This document shows, piece after piece, positions 17,302-21,237 of a stretch of DNA of 21,237 nucleotides. The position numbers and the translations under genes were made by a program. Origin of the DNA: Myxococcales bacterium (GTDB taxonomy: Bacteria > Myxococcota_A > UBA9042); assembly GCA_037441385.1 (NCBI GenBank), contig JBBISH010000110.1, forward strand, positions 1 to 21,237. The letters run 5' to 3'. Each line of letters begins with the position of its first letter. Position 1 is the first letter of the stretch. Under the pieces are notes generated by a model. The model was given only the letters and a program-made list of their open reading frames with translations. It did not search any database and was not told the DNA's origin.

Positions 17302-18198
17302 ATGGCCAAGTTCAATCCACAAGGTACTTTTACTGCGATCGTGACTCCATTTGGCGCCGACGCCGACCGCACTGTGGACCTGCCGGCGCTGCGGCGCTTG
17401 GTCGAGCAGCAGATTGCCGGTGGCGTGGACGGTCTAGTGGTCTGCGGCACCACCGGCGAGGCCAGCACTCTGGACGACGCCGAGTACGAGTTGGTGGTCG
17501 GCAGTGTCGTCGACTATGCCGGTGGCCGTGTGCCCGTGATTGCCGGCACCGGCAGCAACAGCACCAAGAAGACCCTGGCCACCACCGCAAAGGCGTGCAG
17601 CCTGGGCGTGGACGGCGTGCTGGTGGTGACTCCGTACTACAACAAGCCGACGCAAGCTGGCATGATTGCACACTTTTCGCAGGTGGCCGACCATGCGAGC
17701 CAGCCGGTCGTGCTGTACAACGTGCCGGGGCGCACGGGCGTGAACTTGCTGCCAGCCACGGTGGCCGAGCTGGCCAAGCACGGCAACATCGTCGCGCTGA
17801 AAGAGGCGGCCGGCTCGCTGGAGCAGGTGCAGGAAATCGTCATGCGGACGGGCGGCGAGTTCCCGATTCTGTCGGGCGAGGATGCGCTGTGCGTGCCGAC
17901 CTATGCCGTGGGCGGTCGCGGCGTCATCAGCGTGGTGAGCAACGTTGCCCCGGCCCTGACGTCGGCGCTGTGGAACGACTTTGCAGCCGGGCGGGTCGGC
18001 GAGGCCGGGCGCGGTCAGGTGCGCCTGCTGCCCCTCATCAAGTTGCTGTTCTCGGAGCCGAATCCCCAGCCGGCCAAGATGGCGATGCACCTGCTGGGCA
18101 TCATGGAGCCAGTGGCGCGCCTGCCGCTCATCGACGCGACGACCGCCACCCGCGAGGCGCTGGCCGCCGAGTTGCGGCGCCTGGGGCTGCTGGGTTAG
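17302..18198 (+). CDS. dapA: 4-hydroxy-tetrahydrodipicolinate synthase
   Basis: TAIVTPF, CGTTGE, PYYNKP, LYNVPGRTG, Schiff-base Lys in VALKEA, LSGED, GVISVVSN, EPNPQPAK; SD GGGAGA. Confidence 0.96.
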   Translation: MAKFNPQGTFTAIVTPFGADADRTVDLPALRRLVEQQIAGGVDGLVVCGTTGEASTLDDAEYELVVGSVVDYAGGRVPVIAGTGSNSTKKTLATTAKACSLGVDGVLVVTPYYNKPTQAGMIAHFSQVADHASQPVVLYNVPGRTGVNLLPATVAELAKHGNIVALKEAAGSLEQVQEIVMRTGGEFPILSGEDALCVPTYAVGGRGVISVVSNVAPALTSALWNDFAAGRVGEAGRGQVRLLPLIKLLFSEPNPQPAKMAMHLLGIMEPVARLPLIDATTATREALAAELRRLGLLG

Positions 18199-18256
18199 GC
18201 GGATGGCCGGGACCGCCGCGGCAAAGGGACCTGTGGCAACGGTTGACGGCAATCGC

Positions 18257-18272
18257 TGGCGCTGCTATTGCA
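18257..18272 (+). promoter_or_regulatory. Candidate sigma54 promoter for the PP2C phosphatase
   Basis: TGGCGCT-GCTA-TTGCA, with a perfect -12 TTGCA and correct spacing, 43 nt upstream of ATG 18316. Confidence 0.55.
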
Positions 18273-18315
18273 GCACTACTACACACGGTCGCGGTCCGTC
18301 GACCGAGGTTCGCTG

Positions 18316-19641
18316 ATGTTCAAGCTGCTGCACTACGGCGAAACCAATGTGGGCCGGGAGCGCAAGAACAACGAGGATTCGTACCGAGTTGCGCCGCATG
18401 CGGGCGTCTTCGTCGTGTGCGATGGCATGGGCGGTCACGCCTCGGGCGAGCTCGCGAGTCAGATCGCGGCCGACACGCTGGTCCGGTACCTGGTTACGGA
18501 CCGCTACCGCGCCGATTTTCGCTGGCCCATCGAAAGTCTGGGCCAGCCCAGCGAAGAAACGCGGGCCCTGGACGCGGCGATTCGCGCGGCCAACCATGAG
18601 GTTTTTGCCGCCGCGCAAGCCAACCCGCTGCACAAGGGCATGGGGACCACGGTGGTGGCAGTGCTCGCTGGGCAGCAGCGCCTGGGCCTGGGCCACGTGG
18701 GCGACAGCCGCATCTACCGCTATCGCGCCGGCGAGCTGGACCAGCTGACCGACGATCACAGCCTGCTCAACCACTACATCCGCACGCGACCGATGTCGGC
18801 GCAGCAGATTCGGACGTTTGCTGGCAAGAACGTCATCGTCCGGGCTGTGGGCTTGCGCGACGCGGTGGAGCCAGAGCTGCAAATTCAAGAGTACCTGGCA
18901 GGAGATATCTACCTGCTGTGCAGCGACGGTCTGTGCGACATGGTCGACGACGAGGTCATCGCCGAGGTCATGGGCGCAGCGGCCGACCGCCTGGAAGAGG
19001 CGGGGCAACGGTTGATTCAGCTTGCGCTGGACGGCGGCGGCCGCGACAACGTGACGGTGTTGCTGCTGCAGGTGGTCGAGGCGGATCCGCCTGAGACGTG
19101 GGAACTTGAGGCGGCGATGGCCGACACGCCGCAAGACCTGCCGGCGTTGCGCCCGCGCGACTCGCTGGCGAGCCTGTTCGACGACGATACCGCTGTCAAC
19201 CTGCGGGTTCCCGTGGTGCCGCCCCCGCCCGAGAATGAGATTACCCAGCCCGTGGGGCCGCTGCCCTCGATCGTCGACGAGCGGACGCAACCGGTGCAAC
19301 CTCTGCGCCCACAGGACTTTACCGGTCGCACCGCCGCACACCTGGGCTTGGCTCCGCCCGACGAGCATACGGACCGGATCCCGCCCGTGACCGCGCGCGA
19401 AGCCGTCAAGGCCGCCATCGAGGCTGCGCGTTCTGCCAAGGCGGCTCAAGCGACCTCAAAGCCACTCGTCGCGCAACCCAGCGTAGACGTCACAGCCGAG
19501 ACTGAGCGAGAAGTACCGATCCCTGCGGATGATTTCAACGTAGACAGTCTGACTGCGCCCAGCGGCCCGCCCAGGGCCGAGCCAGCGCCAGCGGTGATCC
19601 CTCCCGCTGCGACTCCCGGTCGTCCCAAGCAAAAGAAATAG
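18316..19641 (+). CDS. PP2C/PPM-family (Stp1/PrpC-like) Ser/Thr phosphatase with a disordered C-terminal tail
   Basis: GRERKNNED, VCDGMGGH, GMGTT, HVGDSR, DDHS, LLCSDGL, GGRDNVT; SD GAGG before ATG 18316; ~185-aa Pro/acidic tail. Confidence 0.95.
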   Translation: MFKLLHYGETNVGRERKNNEDSYRVAPHAGVFVVCDGMGGHASGELASQIAADTLVRYLVTDRYRADFRWPIESLGQPSEETRALDAAIRAANHEVFAAAQANPLHKGMGTTVVAVLAGQQRLGLGHVGDSRIYRYRAGELDQLTDDHSLLNHYIRTRPMSAQQIRTFAGKNVIVRAVGLRDAVEPELQIQEYLAGDIYLLCSDGLCDMVDDEVIAEVMGAAADRLEEAGQRLIQLALDGGGRDNVTVLLLQVVEADPPETWELEAAMADTPQDLPALRPRDSLASLFDDDTAVNLRVPVVPPPPENEITQPVGPLPSIVDERTQPVQPLRPQDFTGRTAAHLGLAPPDEHTDRIPPVTAREAVKAAIEAARSAKAAQATSKPLVAQPSVDVTAETEREVPIPADDFNVDSLTAPSGPPRAEPAPAVIPPAATPGRPKQKK

Positions 19642-19739
19642 CCTTTGTGTCGATGGGCCTGCGGGCGGACCGCGCCTTGACTTTCCCCACAGGATTGCAA
19701 GACTTGGCTGGTCGGGCCTGCCTACGGCCGTTGGGGAGC

Positions 19740-21237
19740 ATGGATCCGATGGTGGAGACGAAGCAACGGCGGCGCGGACTGGCGACTCGACCAATTACGG
19801 GACATTCGTTCAGCAATTCGCTCGGGCGGTCGCGTCTCCAGCCCCAAGTGGGGCGCAAACGGGGGCCTGCGGCGACTCGCCGCGCCGATTTCGACGGCCC
19901 GGATGCGCGGAGAAAGTCCAAATGGATCCACCTTCTTGGCGCCTGGGCCGTGGTCTTGGTGGGTTGGGCTGCACTTGTCGGCACGGCCGCGTGTTCAAGC
20001 GACACGACCGGCACCACCACGGCCAGCCAAGACCAGGGCACGACCTTTGATACGGGCAACGTCGACACCGTGGAACCCAGCGACTTGGGCGGTGCGGATT
20101 TTGGCACGAGCGACGCGTCGGCCTTGCACTGCCCGGGCGGCCCGTTGTGCGCCTGCAACAGCGACAGCGAGTGCGACACGGGCATCTGCCTAGACGCCCC
20201 CAAAGGCCGCATCTGCGCAGCGCTTTGCGAGTCGAGCGGCTGCCCGTACGAGTACTCGTGCGTCAAGACCAACAGCTCGACCGGCGACATCATCAGCCTG
20301 TGCGTGCCCAAGTGGGGGTTCTTGTGCGAGCCGTGCACCACCAGCAAGGCCTGCGAGGCGGCGCTTGGGGTATCCGGCGTGGCGTGCGTCGACTACGGCA
20401 AGGACGTGGGCGCATTTTGCGGCTCGCCGTGCAGTCAAGACGGCGACTGCCCCGGCGACTACACCTGCAACGACGCCACCACGGCCGAAGGCAAGCCCGG
20501 CAAAATGTGCGTGCGCAAAGCCGAAGTGGGCCAAGCTGCCATCTGTCCGTGCGACGAGCGGTCGGTCAACCTGAAGCTGGCCACGACCTGCACGGCCAAA
20601 AGCGACCTGGGCACCTGCAGCGGCTACCGCATCTGCCAAAGTGGCGGACTGGGCGCGTGCACGGCCCCCAAAGCCAGCACCGAGACGTGCGACAACATCG
20701 ACAACGACTGCAATGGCATCACCGACGACGGCCTGTGCGACGACAAGAACGTGTGCACCGACGACCAGTGCCTGGGCGCTAGCAAGTCGTGCCAGAACAC
20801 CGTGAACACCGCGGCGTGCAGCGATGGCTCGGCCTGCACGGAAAAGGACGTGTGCGCGGGCGGCAAGTGCGCGGGCACCAGCATCGACTGCGACGACAAA
20901 AACGTCTGCACCACCGACGTTTGCGACAGTGAGAAGGGCTGCGTGCACAACCCCATCTCGGGCGAGTGCAACGACGGCGACGACTGCACCGTGGGCGACG
21001 CGTGCAAAGACGGCGCGTGCGGCGCGGGCAAACCCAAGGACTGCGACGACGGCAACCCGTGTACCCAAGACACCTGCGACGTGGCCAACGGCAAGTGCGC
21101 GCCCAAGATCCTGGACGGGGCGCCGTGCTCGGACGGCAACGCCTGCACCTCGCCCGACAACTGCGTGGGCGACGTCTGCAAGGGCGGGCCCGTCAACTGC
21201 GACGACAAGAACCCGTGCACCGACGACCTGTGTGACC
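19740..21237 (+). CDS. Large Cys-rich repeat lipoprotein, 3'-partial (not in ORF track)
   Basis: Open frame from ATG 19740/19749 (or GTG 19848) to the edge: RRKSKWIHLLGAWAVVLVGWAALVGTAA-C lipobox, Thr/Asp linker, Cys-rich domain, ETCDNIDNDCNGITDD motif, then CDDKNVCTDDQC / CSDGSACTEKDVC modules. Confidence 0.88.
   Translation, partial: MDPMVETKQRRRGLATRPITGHSFSNSLGRSRLQPQVGRKRGPAATRRADFDGPDARRKSKWIHLLGAWAVVLVGWAALVGTAACSSDTTGTTTASQDQGTTFDTGNVDTVEPSDLGGADFGTSDASALHCPGGPLCACNSDSECDTGICLDAPKGRICAALCESSGCPYEYSCVKTNSSTGDIISLCVPKWGFLCEPCTTSKACEAALGVSGVACVDYGKDVGAFCGSPCSQDGDCPGDYTCNDATTAEGKPGKMCVRKAEVGQAAICPCDERSVNLKLATTCTAKSDLGTCSGYRICQSGGLGACTAPKASTETCDNIDNDCNGITDDGLCDDKNVCTDDQCLGASKSCQNTVNTAACSDGSACTEKDVCAGGKCAGTSIDCDDKNVCTTDVCDSEKGCVHNPISGECNDGDDCTVGDACKDGACGAGKPKDCDDGNPCTQDTCDVANGKCAPKILDGAPCSDGNACTSPDNCVGDVCKGGPVNCDDKNPCTDDLCD

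Noticed and set aside
16914..18599. 561-aa + ORF spanning dapA
   Set aside because: Alternate frame over the HEAT, dapA and PP2C genes with low-complexity Arg/Gly/Ala composition.
19677..19705. TTGACT as the -35 of a promoter for the last gene
   Set aside because: No acceptable TAnnnT -10 at 16-18 bp spacing.

Overview
High-GC bacterial window of housekeeping and cell-envelope genes; the Cys-rich lipoproteins, TPR proteins, PP2C phosphatase and sigma54-like sites suggest Myxococcota or a related deltaproteobacterium (inference). Left to right: (1) a ~150-bp argS fragment running head-on into a minus-strand TPR gene absent from the ORF track, probably a chimeric or rearrangement junction; (2) a divergent paralogous TPR gene; (3) a 762-aa Cys-repeat lipoprotein; (4) a four-gene BMP/CUT2 nucleoside-type ABC transporter operon; (5) a 64-aa Cys-rich mini-lipoprotein with CxxCxxC and CxxCH motifs; (6) aspS and an RluA-family pseudouridine synthase on the minus strand; (7) a heterodimeric M16B peptidase whose non-catalytic subunit is a lipoprotein with a ~490-aa helical/HEAT-like extension; (8) a HEAT-repeat protein, dapA and a PP2C phosphatase with a Thr-motif tail; (9) a second large Cys-repeat lipoprotein that runs off the right edge. 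I found no RNA genes, CRISPR arrays, transposases, integrases, reverse transcriptases or defence genes. No clearly new system can be shown from sequence alone. The best leads are the M16-HEAT module, the mini-lipoprotein, the Cys-rich remnant behind the lipoprotein stop codon, and the left-edge junction.
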